A stretch of DNA of 64,000 bases from an uncultured Candidatus Saccharibacteria bacterium (GTDB lineage: Bacteria; Patescibacteriota; Minisyncoccia; Minisyncoccales; UBA10102). Positions 19,082 through 27,577 of the stretch are shown in pieces. The position numbers were made by a program, and so were the translations under genes. A model generated the notes under the pieces. That model was not told the DNA's origin and did no database searches. It saw only the letters and a list, made by a program, of their open reading frames with translations. The stretch's first letter is position 1, and each line of letters begins with the position of its first letter. The stretch spans positions 3,164 to 67,163 of the forward strand of contig CAYHVI010000001.1 in assembly GCA_964359655.1 (NCBI GenBank), written 5' to 3'.

Positions 19082-22000
19082 TATTTTCGGATGGCGAGAC
19101 GGAGAGTTTGGCCTTCTAATGAGAACTCTTCTTCTACATCAAACGTTTGCTCTGACCGATCGCCCTCGCGCATTTCTTTCAACCCAACTTGAGACATAAT
19201 TGCTTTTTCATTTTCTTGCAGAATTTCTTTCAGTTCTTCTGCGCCCGTGTAGCGCAAACGTATTCTGTCTTGCGGCTTGTACCCTGCCTGCTTTCTCATT
19301 TCCTGGATATGGCGCATTATCTCGCGCAATGTTCCTTCTCTTTGCAATACGGGAGTAATGGTGGTATCGAGTTCTACCCCTTCTTTCGCGTTCGGATCGA
19401 CCAGAACCTCTTTTACATTAAGTTCATCCTTTATCAAATCCAGCAATTCTTTCGTCATTTTTAATTTTTCACTTTTAATTTTGAATTTTTGGAGCGGCTG
19501 TCTCACTTTTATTCCGACCTTCGCCCGTTCTGCCAATCCTTCTGCAACCAGCTTGCGAACTTGCATCATTTTTTTCTCGAGCTCTGCGTCAATTTTTTTT
19601 GAATCTGCTTTGGGCCAATTTTGCCAATGTACACTTCCCCTGCCCCCAAGTTCACCATAGATATACTCGCTCAAAAACGGGATGAGTGGCGCGGTCAACT
19701 TGCTGACTTCCAAAAGTACGCATCTTAAAACGCCTCTGGCTTCCTGAAGCTCTTTTTTGCTCTTGGGGTTTTGGGAACGTTGTCGAGAACGTCGAATATA
19801 CCACAAAGAGAGATCGTCGATCACAAAACTTTCGAGCACGCGCGCAGTTCCTGTGATGTCGTATTCATCAAACCTTTTGGTTGCCTCTCTTGTTATGGAG
19901 TGGATTCTCGAAATAATCCACTTATCTAAGATATTTTTTGTTTTGAGGTTTTGGGTTTTAGGGTTTGCTTGAGCATTGAGTCTTGAGGTTTGGGATTTTT
20001 TATATGTTTGGTAGAACACAAAAGAGTTCCACAACGTCAAAATAAATTTGCGCATTGTTTGCTGCAAATCTTTTTCCGCAAATAGTTTGGAATCCCACGG
20101 CTGGTTCAATGTATAAAAATACCAGCGAAGCGTGTCCACTCCATACTTTGCAATCATATCCCAAGGATTTACCACATTTCCTTTGGACTTGGACATTTTC
20201 TCGCCTTTCTCATCAAGCAAATGCCCCAAAGAAATTACGTTTTTGTATGGCGCTTTCAAGCCCAACGCCGTAGCCACAGCCAAAAGCGTATAAAACCATC
20301 CGCGTGTTTGGTCGATTGCTTCGCAAATATAATCTGCGGGGTAACCTTCCACGCCAGAAGCAAACGGCATGGAGCCTGAATCAAACCATACATCCACGAC
20401 GTCTTTTACGCGTTTCATTTGCCCTTTGCCACATTTTCCGCACTGAAATTCGATCGCATCAATGTACGGCCTGTGCAAATCAAGTTCCATATCTTCGTTC
20501 ATGGGAAGCCTCGCGAAAGCTACACGTCTTAACTCTCCTGGTTCAACTGCTTTTTTTTCGCGGAACTGCACGAATTTTTCTCGCGACATTCCCTTCATCG
20601 TTTTCTCCAACAAAGAAAGAGGTATCTCATGACTTACCAAAACAATGCGTTTCCCTTGATACTTTTTTTCTATTGCGGCTAGCAAATCAAACACGCGCTT
20701 TTCAACATCGACCCAATTCTCTCCCTGCGGCGGCCGTTCCACAAATCTACGCAGATAATGCTCCTGGATCGTTTCTCCTTCTTTTCTAAAGTATGCTCCA
20801 AACTCACGAATGTGCTTTCCATTGAAAATGCCTACATTAAGTTCTCGTAGCCGCGCATCGTAGATAATTTGCGCGCCAAGTTTTTTCCCAATGATTTCGG
20901 CAGTTTGTTTCGTTCGCAAAAGATCGGATGAAAAAATCAAATCAATGTTTTTGCGCAACAGACCTTCTGCGATTTTTGTAATTTGTTTCACTCCCTTGGG
21001 CGTCAAAGGAAACGGATCCGCCTCAGGATACGAACCCAAAATCCCCGTTACTTGACGCATAGAATGGCCGTGCCGCAAAAGATAGTACGTGTTTCCCGAA
21101 GTTCTTTGTTTTTTGAGATCGTCCAGAGAACCTATGACTTCCAAATGATCGCACGAACTGCACTCCCACACAGGTAAAGGAGTACCCCAGTACCGTTCTC
21201 TCGAAAACGCCCAGTCTTTCACCTCGGCCAACCATTCACCCATCCTGCCTACTTTCATATGGCTCGGAATCCAATTAATCTGTTGGTTATTCGAAATGAG
21301 ATCTTTTTTAATCTTCTGCATATTCACAAACCAGCTTTCTTTTGCGTAATACAGCAAAGGAGTCGAACACCTCCAGCAAAAAGGATATTCGTGTTCATAC
21401 AACTCTTCTTTGAACAAAAGATTTCTTTGCTTTAAATCTTCAACAATCAGAGGTTCTGCTTCTTTCACGAATACTCCTTGCCATTGAGGCACTAATTCGT
21501 TGAACTTTCCTTCTTCGTCTACCGTATGCCTTTTGGGAAGATTTAGTTTTTGCCCGAGCTTGTAATCGTCTTCTCCGTACATCACCGCAGTGTGCACAAC
21601 TCCTGTTCCTTCCTGCGTAGAAACAAAATCCGCCAGTGCCACATAATGTTTTTTCTCTGGCTGGCTTTTGAGAGAATCAAAAAGCGGTTCATATTCTATA
21701 CCTTCAAGGTTTTTTCCTGAAACTTCTTTGAGAATTTCGTAATCTCCCTGAAGAATCTTTAGAAGATCTTTGGCAAGAATATATATTTCTTCTCCTTGTT
21801 TTACTGCGACATACGAGATATTTTCCCCTACCGCAAGAGCGACGTTCCCAGGCAGTGTCCACGGTGTTGTTGTCCACGCCAACAAAAACAATTTTGAATT
21901 TTGAATTTTGAATTTTGAAATTGTTTCGGATTTCGAATTTCGGATTTCGAATTTCACAAAGACGGTTCTGTCTTTGACCGTCTTGTACCCTTGCGCCAAT

Positions 22001-22596
22001 TCATGCGACGACAAAGGAGTCCCACAACGCGGACAATAAGGCACCACTTTGTAATCTTTATATAACAATCCTTTCTTCCAAAACTGCTGGATAATCCACC
22101 ATAGACTCTCCATATAATTCTTCTCATAGGTGATGTACGGATTATCGATGTCTAACCAAAAACCTATGCGCTCTGTAAGTTCATCCCATTCTCTTTTATA
22201 TTCCCATACCGACTGTTTGCATTCTTTATTGAATTTTGCGATCCCGTATTGCTCAATTTCTTTTTTGGACTTTAATCCAAGTTTTTTCTCAACCTGCAAC
22301 TCTACGGGCAGACCGTGAGTATCCCAGCCAGCTTTTCTGCCAACGTAAAATCCCCGCATTGTTTTGTAGCGGCATATTACGTCTTTAAAAACCCGCGAAA
22401 GAACATGATGAATTCCGGGACTTCCGTTTGCCGTGGGAGGGCCTTCAAAAAATACAAAACGAGGAGAGCGCTTTCTCCTCTCAAGAGATTTTTCAAACGT
22501 TTTCTGCTCTTTCCACCGCTTCAGTATCTGCTCTTCCAACTTCGAAAAATCAGCTTCCATGCTCTTTAGAATACTACGTTTTGCATACCTTTTCAA
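19081..22596 (-). CDS. ileS: Isoleucine--tRNA ligase with an inserted histidine-phosphatase (PGAM-like) domain and two in-frame repeat insertions
   Basis: HIGH-type signature (…PTANGSPGIHHV…), KMSKS (KMSKSKGN), and editing and anticodon-binding domains. Residues ~498-703 (nt ~20488-21105) form a histidine-phosphatase domain (…YYLLRHGHS… plus …VLVSHE…). It sits between the conserved …YWGTPLPVWEC… and …HRPYID…WFDSG… segments. Confidence 0.9.
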   Translation of the reverse strand: MKRYAKRSILKSMEADFSKLEEQILKRWKEQKTFEKSLERRKRSPRFVFFEGPPTANGSPGIHHVLSRVFKDVICRYKTMRGFYVGRKAGWDTHGLPVELQVEKKLGLKSKKEIEQYGIAKFNKECKQSVWEYKREWDELTERIGFWLDIDNPYITYEKNYMESLWWIIQQFWKKGLLYKDYKVVPYCPRCGTPLSSHELAQGYKTVKDRTVFVKFEIRNSKSETISKFKIQNSKLFLLAWTTTPWTLPGNVALAVGENISYVAVKQGEEIYILAKDLLKILQGDYEILKEVSGKNLEGIEYEPLFDSLKSQPEKKHYVALADFVSTQEGTGVVHTAVMYGEDDYKLGQKLNLPKRHTVDEEGKFNELVPQWQGVFVKEAEPLIVEDLKQRNLLFKEELYEHEYPFCWRCSTPLLYYAKESWFVNMQKIKKDLISNNQQINWIPSHMKVGRMGEWLAEVKDWAFSRERYWGTPLPVWECSSCDHLEVIGSLDDLKKQRTSGNTYYLLRHGHSMRQVTGILGSYPEADPFPLTPKGVKQITKIAEGLLRKNIDLIFSSDLLRTKQTAEIIGKKLGAQIIYDARLRELNVGIFNGKHIREFGAYFRKEGETIQEHYLRRFVERPPQGENWVDVEKRVFDLLAAIEKKYQGKRIVLVSHEIPLSLLEKTMKGMSREKFVQFREKKAVEPGELRRVAFARLPMNEDMELDLHRPYIDAIEFQCGKCGKGQMKRVKDVVDVWFDSGSMPFASGVEGYPADYICEAIDQTRGWFYTLLAVATALGLKAPYKNVISLGHLLDEKGEKMSKSKGNVVNPWDMIAKYGVDTLRWYFYTLNQPWDSKLFAEKDLQQTMRKFILTLWNSFVFYQTYKKSQTSRLNAQANPKTQNLKTKNILDKWIISRIHSITREATKRFDEYDITGTARVLESFVIDDLSLWYIRRSRQRSQNPKSKKELQEARGVLRCVLLEVSKLTAPLIPFLSEYIYGELGGRGSVHWQNWPKADSKKIDAELEKKMMQVRKLVAEGLAERAKVGIKVRQPLQKFKIKSEKLKMTKELLDLIKDELNVKEVLVDPNAKEGVELDTTITPVLQREGTLREIMRHIQEMRKQAGYKPQDRIRLRYTGAEELKEILQENEKAIMSQVGLKEMREGDRSEQTFDVEEEFSLEGQTLRLAIRK

Positions 22597-22615
22597 TTAC
22601 CAAATATCCTTTCAA

Positions 22616-22653
22616 ATACTACAAAGTATTGCCATGGCAAGAAGTTGTAGTAT
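22616..22653. promoter_or_regulatory. Nested palindrome ATACTACAA-agta-TTGCCATGGCAA-gaag-TTGTAGTAT (candidate operator between the PaaX-like gene and ileS)
   Basis: A perfect 9-bp inverted repeat flanks a perfect 12-bp palindrome. A near-copy lies on the other side of the PaaX-like gene at 23235-23273. Confidence 0.5.
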
Positions 22654-23231
22654 CAAAGTTTGAAGTATTTTCGAATCTCGCGATCAGCACCAATGTCTCT
22701 TGCCACAATCACTCTTAACTCTTTCTCGCTTAAAGCAAAGAATTCTCGTAAGAGCCCTATTTCGTCCTTACAGTTATATGGGTGAACCCAGACGCTTTTC
22801 TGAAGAGGATACAAGTTCAAACGCTTTAAAAATCCTCGCAAAGCCTCTCGCTTTATTCGCTGCGGCTGGACAATGTCGAAAATAATAATCCTCCAATTTC
22901 CATCCCACTGTTTTGGTTTCTTTATTTCCAGACTATTCACCTGAAACCTTCCTGCCTTCCTTCTTCCCTCTTCAGTGAGAGAAATATAAATCTGATGATT
23001 ATGCTTTTCCACCTTAATATATCCGTCCCGCCGTAATCGAGAGAACGTATCATATATCTTTTTTCTGCCGTATTTCTTCCTTCCAAGAAATGCTCTTAAG
23101 AGATTAGTGCCGAAATAGGGAGATGAGGAGGCGACCACCATTGCACCTCCCGCCGCAAGCCAAGTAAGAATATCTTTCGTAATCTCTGGCTTCGGTTTCT
23201 TTAGATAATATTTGTACTTACTCATATACAT
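22653..23231 (-). CDS. PaaX-family-like winged-helix transcriptional regulator, short form (paralog 1)
   Basis: N-terminal wHTH (…IYDTFSRLRRDGYIKVEKHNHQIYISLTEEGRR…) and the PaaX_C core motif (WDGNWRIIIFDI…LYPLQKSVWV), which resembles E. coli PaaX …WDGKWLLLL…. A 192-aa paralog is at 53769-54347. Confidence 0.55.
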   Translation of the reverse strand: MYMSKYKYYLKKPKPEITKDILTWLAAGGAMVVASSSPYFGTNLLRAFLGRKKYGRKKIYDTFSRLRRDGYIKVEKHNHQIYISLTEEGRRKAGRFQVNSLEIKKPKQWDGNWRIIIFDIVQPQRIKREALRGFLKRLNLYPLQKSVWVHPYNCKDEIGLLREFFALSEKELRVIVARDIGADREIRKYFKL

Positions 23232-23234
23232 AAT

Positions 23235-23273
23235 GGTACTACAATTTATTGCCTAGGCAAAACTTCGTAGTTT
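23235..23273. promoter_or_regulatory. Palindrome TACTACAA-ttta-TTGCCTAGGCAA-aact-TCGTAGT overlapping the start region of PaaX-like paralog 1
   Basis: Second copy of the site found at 22616-22653, located 4-10 nt upstream of the gene's start codon. Confidence 0.5.
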
Positions 23274-23418
23274 CTTAATAGTTCCTAACGAGTTCGTCAA
23301 CGACAGAAACTTTTCAATCGTTCCGCATTGCTCAAATCACCTTTTTAATGCTTTTTCAATTTGAAGTATAATGGCTTAGTATCTATTGTACCTTTTACGG
23401 AAAGGAGATTGAGTAACA

Positions 23419-23816
23419 TGACTCTCAAGGAATGGTGGGAAAAACTTTATGACACTGTGCGTCTAAACGACTCTGGGGAATCTATTAAGTTCTTGGGACG
23501 TGAACCATCTTCCTTACTCCGAAGAGCAATCATGGAAGCCGATAACCCCTTTCCCCTGTCTCTCGGAGAACAGCTGCTCAACATAATCGCACAAGAACTT
23601 TTGAATCGGAATGTAGACCGTGGGGAGCGCATCTCAAATTTATTTGCAATAATAGTAAGTCGCTGCACAAGGACACTACGCGAGAAAGCATTAGGAGAGC
23701 TCATTGTTCTTGATGCAAAAGAACAAGTGGAAGATAGCATTATGGCTGTCGCTCTCCAGCGTCTTCCCTCGTTCTGCCCTTGGGATCCGAGATATTCGAG
23801 TTTGCTCAATAAATGA
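23419..23816 (+). CDS. Hypothetical protein (~132 aa)
   Basis: ORF with an AAGGAGA RBS 8 nt upstream of the ATG at 23419. I recognise no motif. Confidence 0.4.
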
Positions 23817-23857
23817 GGGCGGCAAAACCTTTTACGGTTTTGTCGCCCTCTAACTTT

Positions 23858-24304
23858 TTAAATTCGGGGTCCGTAGTTTCGCTTCTTCATCCCGAAGTTT
23901 ATGAAGGCTTCCAACTTGTGCACGTGGGGAATCTTCCCCACCTTCTCGCGCAAGAACTTGCTGAGCTCCTCCTGCGAACACAAGGTAGCCCAGATGAAGA
24001 TATCAAAAGAACCCGTGGTCATCATCACCCAGTTGACCTCGCTCAACTCCGCAAGGGCGTTCTCTACGCAGTTCACCATCCCTGGCTTTGCCTGAATACC
24101 TACCAATACCTCTGAGGTGTAACCGAGTTTCGCAGGATCGGGCAGCGCCACCATTTTTATGTATCCTTCGCTGATTAACCGTTTCAGCCGACGCCTCACC
24201 ACTTGCTCACTCACTCTCAATAGTCTTGCGATGTAGGCTTTGGAGCGTACAGCGTTCTCTTGTACCATCTTGATGATTTGCAAATCGAGATTATCTAATT
24301 CCAT
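23858..24304 (-). CDS. lrp: Lrp/AsnC-family transcriptional regulator (GC-rich gene)
   Basis: HTH_AsnC (…LDLQIIKMVQENAVRSKAYIARLLRVSEQVVRRRLKRLISEGYIK…) plus a C-terminal RAM domain. GC is clearly above the local background. Confidence 0.8.
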   Translation of the reverse strand: MELDNLDLQIIKMVQENAVRSKAYIARLLRVSEQVVRRRLKRLISEGYIKMVALPDPAKLGYTSEVLVGIQAKPGMVNCVENALAELSEVNWVMMTTGSFDIFIWATLCSQEELSKFLREKVGKIPHVHKLEAFINFGMKKRNYGPRI

Positions 24305-24397
24305 GGAAACCTCCTGACTCGAGAGTTCAGCAAATTTTTGCTGTAAACAGGTTATACATCCTTTAAGGAGGATTTGTCAACGATCATTAGATTGTAT

Positions 24398-26137
24398 TCA
24401 CATCTTCTCAAGAGTTTGTATCCCAAGAAGATAAAGGCTGTTTTGGATGAGTTGGGCGACAGCAGAGGTAAGAAGCAAACGAAACTCTTTTTGCTGTTTG
24501 GTTTCTGCTTGAAGCACAGAATGCGCGTTATAAAAGGCATTGTATTTTTGCGCAAGATCAAACACAAAGTTGCAAATAAGATTCGGGGCATATTTTTCTG
24601 CCGCCTCATACACAATCTCTGGAAATTTGTATATCGTGCGCAGTATACCCAATTCCTCTGCCGATAAATTAGGTAAAACATTGCTACGTAGCAGTATACT
24701 TCTTGCCGCATTGGGCTTGTGTAGGATGCTCTGACAACGAGCGTATGTATAAAGCAAATAAGGGCCGGAGTTTCCATCGAGCGCTACTGAACGTGCCAAA
24801 TCAAACATAACGTTCGATTTCGTGTCGGTTTTGAGCACCGAATATTTTACTGCCGCGATTGTGCCTTTTTCCCGCACTTCCTCTTTTTCTTTCAAAGTAA
24901 GTTCTTGGCTTGTGATAAGGTTTGTCAAAAGATTTTTCACTTCGTTGAGCAACCCGTCCACTGTCACCACCACGCCTGTCCGAGACGAAATCTTCTTTCC
25001 AACCAACTGCACCATACCCATAGGCAAGTGATACTCACGAGTCTTAAATTTTTCATCAACCAGTTCCAAAGCCTTAAACACTACCTCAAAGTATCCTGAC
25101 TGCTCATTTGCCACCACGTGAACGTTCAAATCAAAAGGAAAATCTTTATATTGTAAAGGCGCCAAACCCATTTCCTTTGCTTCGTACGTAGGATTTCCTT
25201 CTTTGGTGACAAAGACTCTTTTGTGCAAACCATACTTTTCTCCGTCGAATATGATTGCGCCCTCGCTCTTTTCGAAAACCTTTCCGACGTTCTGCAATAC
25301 AATGTTCTTGCCTTGTTCCGCAACTTCACTTTCAAAGTAGAGTTTATCAAACGTGGTGCCAAAGCGAGGGTAAAAGTGTTTATAGTAATCTAAACTCCAC
25401 TTTCGGGTACGCTTGTATGCTGGCATGACGCTCCTGTCTTTGCGATATAACTTTGCATTAAGCTCATCAATGTTTTCTTTATGCGTTTCATACTCCTGAT
25501 TTCCCCTTACATAACCCTCACCCAAAAGATGAGCTTTTTCTTGCAAATGTAACTTTTCCGCATCGCTCCACGACATCCCTCGCTCTCCTAAAATCTTTTC
25601 TGTGCCCCATATAGCTTTTGCCACGTGCGGCCCAATATCTCCCTGATAGTTTGCGCGGAATACTTTCGTCCCATTCGCCTCAAAAATACGCGCCAAAGCT
25701 TCTCCGGTAATTAAAGTTCGCATATGGCCAATATGCATTTCTTTGTGCGTATTCGGATGCGCGTACTCCACCATTATCTTTTTGCCGCGAAGCAATGTGT
25801 TTTGCCCGAATTTTTCTTTTTCCCGAAGCACTGTTTGAAGCGTCGCTTCAAACAGTTTGCGCGCCAGGTAGAAGTTTATAAAGCCATTTACTGTTTCAAC
25901 TTTCTCGAGGATTTCTGATTGTTTACCGCTGATCGCTGAAGCGATTGTCTCGGCAAGCTCTTTTGGATTTTTCTTGAGCTGCTTTCCTAGAATCAGAGCA
26001 ATGTTCGTCGAATAATCTCCATGTTCTGGATTTTCTGGATGCTCCAATAAGATCTGCTCAATAGAAAAATCGCCCAATTCATTTTTGAGTTCCTTGAGCG
26101 CATTCCGAATGATTTTCTCAATTTCTTCTCGGATCAT
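24398..26137 (-). CDS. argS: Arginine--tRNA ligase
   Basis: 579 aa with an N-terminal Arg_tRNA_synt_N-like region, a HIGH-class signature (…AHPNTHKEMHIGHMR…) and a DALR anticodon-binding C-terminus. Confidence 0.88.
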   Translation of the reverse strand: MIREEIEKIIRNALKELKNELGDFSIEQILLEHPENPEHGDYSTNIALILGKQLKKNPKELAETIASAISGKQSEILEKVETVNGFINFYLARKLFEATLQTVLREKEKFGQNTLLRGKKIMVEYAHPNTHKEMHIGHMRTLITGEALARIFEANGTKVFRANYQGDIGPHVAKAIWGTEKILGERGMSWSDAEKLHLQEKAHLLGEGYVRGNQEYETHKENIDELNAKLYRKDRSVMPAYKRTRKWSLDYYKHFYPRFGTTFDKLYFESEVAEQGKNIVLQNVGKVFEKSEGAIIFDGEKYGLHKRVFVTKEGNPTYEAKEMGLAPLQYKDFPFDLNVHVVANEQSGYFEVVFKALELVDEKFKTREYHLPMGMVQLVGKKISSRTGVVVTVDGLLNEVKNLLTNLITSQELTLKEKEEVREKGTIAAVKYSVLKTDTKSNVMFDLARSVALDGNSGPYLLYTYARCQSILHKPNAARSILLRSNVLPNLSAEELGILRTIYKFPEIVYEAAEKYAPNLICNFVFDLAQKYNAFYNAHSVLQAETKQQKEFRLLLTSAVAQLIQNSLYLLGIQTLEKM

Positions 26138-26244
26138 AAGTTTAATCTAACCTTTTCTGTCGGTTTTGTCGAAAAAAAGAAAAACCCCTGACGTAAACGC
26201 CAAGGGCAGAAACTTCTGATGTGGTACACCACCAAACTTGCCCA

Positions 26245-26661
26245 TTACTTGTTTTCTTTTGGGACGCGGGTTTTGAAGAAATACCAAAGTCCAGCAAAAT
26301 TAGCTGCTATCAGAAGAAATGCAATAATCAATTGGATTGTTTCGCTATTCATAACATTAGTTAACTTTTTTGGTACTCAAAATCAACCAAATAATGGTTC
26401 CTAAAGCTAAAATATTCGCACCGATGTAAAAAGGAATGAGGCTTGTCATGATTTTGTTGTTGCCTTCTCCCGCATAATTGCCATGGAAACTGCGAGAAAG
26501 ATTCCTGTCGCGATAAACCCTACTAAGATCGCTCCTATTTTTGCGTTCAACGATCCTTCTGCGCTCGACAGGAATGTTCCTACGACTAATGATCCAAACA
26601 GAATCTTTGCTCCATCAAGAAAAAAATTCGAGAGAATGCGTGCCCGTTCTTCTGTTATCAC
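26245..26661 (-). CDS. Cluster of three small hydrophobic peptide ORFs (71, 30 and 35 aa), possibly translationally coupled
   Basis: 26449-26661 encodes a 71-aa two-TM peptide. 26358-26449 encodes MTSLIPFYIGANILALGTIIWLILSTKKVN, whose ATG overlaps the upstream TGA (ATGA overlap). 26245-26352 encodes MNSETIQLIIAFLLIAANFAGLWYFFKTRVPKENK. The last two fall below the ORF-track size cutoff. Confidence 0.3.
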
Positions 26662-26725
26662 AAGCTTATGTTACCAAACCAAACAATAATTTGTCAAGCA
26701 AAAGGACCGATGATACACTGACCAC

Positions 26726-27172
26726 ATGAAGGTATATGCCGAAAACAGAAAAGCGCATTTCAACTATGACATTTTGGAAACATTCCAGGCTGGTTTGGCA
26801 TTGCAGGGGCAAGAAGTAAAATCGGTGAGGTTGGGAAGAATAAGTCTTGCCGGGTCTTACGTGATTGTTCGAAGAGAAGAGCTTTTTTTGCGCGGGGCAA
26901 CCATTTCTCCCTACCAGCCAGCGAACGCTCCTACGAACTACCATGCAGAGCGCGACAGAAAGCTTCTGTTGCACAAGGAGGAAATCCAGTATCTTCTCGG
27001 TAAATCAAAGGAAAGGGGCTTGACTTTAGTACCCTTAAAGGCGTATAATGACAAGCGCAATATCAAGCTTGAGTTTGGCTTAGCTCGGGGCAAAAAGAAG
27101 GAAGACAAAAGAGAGAATATCAAAAAAAGAGAAGCCGAACGCGAGATTGAACGCGCCTTAAAATACGGGTAA
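26726..27172 (+). CDS. smpB: SsrA-binding protein
   Basis: …HFNYDILETFQAGLALQGQEVKS… matches SmpB. It is directly followed by tmRNA. Confidence 0.9.
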   Translation: MKVYAENRKAHFNYDILETFQAGLALQGQEVKSVRLGRISLAGSYVIVRREELFLRGATISPYQPANAPTNYHAERDRKLLLHKEEIQYLLGKSKERGLTLVPLKAYNDKRNIKLEFGLARGKKKEDKRENIKKREAEREIERALKYG

Positions 27173-27177
27173 TGCAT

Positions 27178-27546
27178 GGGGATGTCTGTTTTGACAGCGA
27201 GATCAAGAAGTTCTTTGCGATGAGAGTATGGTCTCTTTTAAAACCAAAGCCCAGTTTGACTGGGCAGGCATACAACTGCCAACTTATTTGCCCCACAGCG
27301 GGCACTTGCTTACGCTTAATAAGCGCTAGGCCATTCGCTCTTTGACTCTCGATAAAAGAAGCGGGTGTCAACCATCGAGATAGATAGCTTTTTTGAAGGT
27401 CCGGAAGCTATTGATTTTAAGGACCATCAAAGAGAGAATGGTTTTGTCCAGTTCTCACATCCTCTCTTCAAATTAACTGGACTATCATCGTAGATGGAAT
27501 TTCTTAATCTCGCTGGACGAGGGCTCACTGCCCTCCATCTCCACCC
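27178..27546 (+). ncRNA. ssrA: tmRNA (ssrA)
   Basis: Starts GGGGAUG… 5 nt after the smpB stop. The 3' end is GGACGAGGGCUCACUGCCCUCCAUCUCCACC, with a 5-bp T-stem, 7-nt loop and 7-nt acceptor strand complementary to the 5' GGGGAUG. An internal frame …GCC AAC UUA UUU GCC CCA CAG CGG GCA CUU GCU UAC GCU UAA UAA gives tag …ANLFAPQRALAYA with a double stop. Confidence 0.8.
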
Positions 27547-27577
27547 TTCGACTTCGCTCAGGGTAAACTAACCTATT

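Noticed and set aside
21886-21956. The tandem short repeats here, and at 29590-29632, 47725-47757 and 59745-59830, could be mistaken for CRISPR arrays.
   Set aside because: The repeat units are only 6-7 nt with no unique spacers, and the arrays are 40-85 nt long. They lie in-frame inside conserved protein-coding genes and there are no cas genes adjacent. I treat them as low-complexity coding inserts, not CRISPRs.
22597-22652. A possible T-box or other leader RNA upstream of ileS.
   Set aside because: Only ~55 nt separate the ileS start from the upstream gene, far too short for a T-box (~200-300 nt). The sequence is instead dominated by the DNA palindrome described in the findings.
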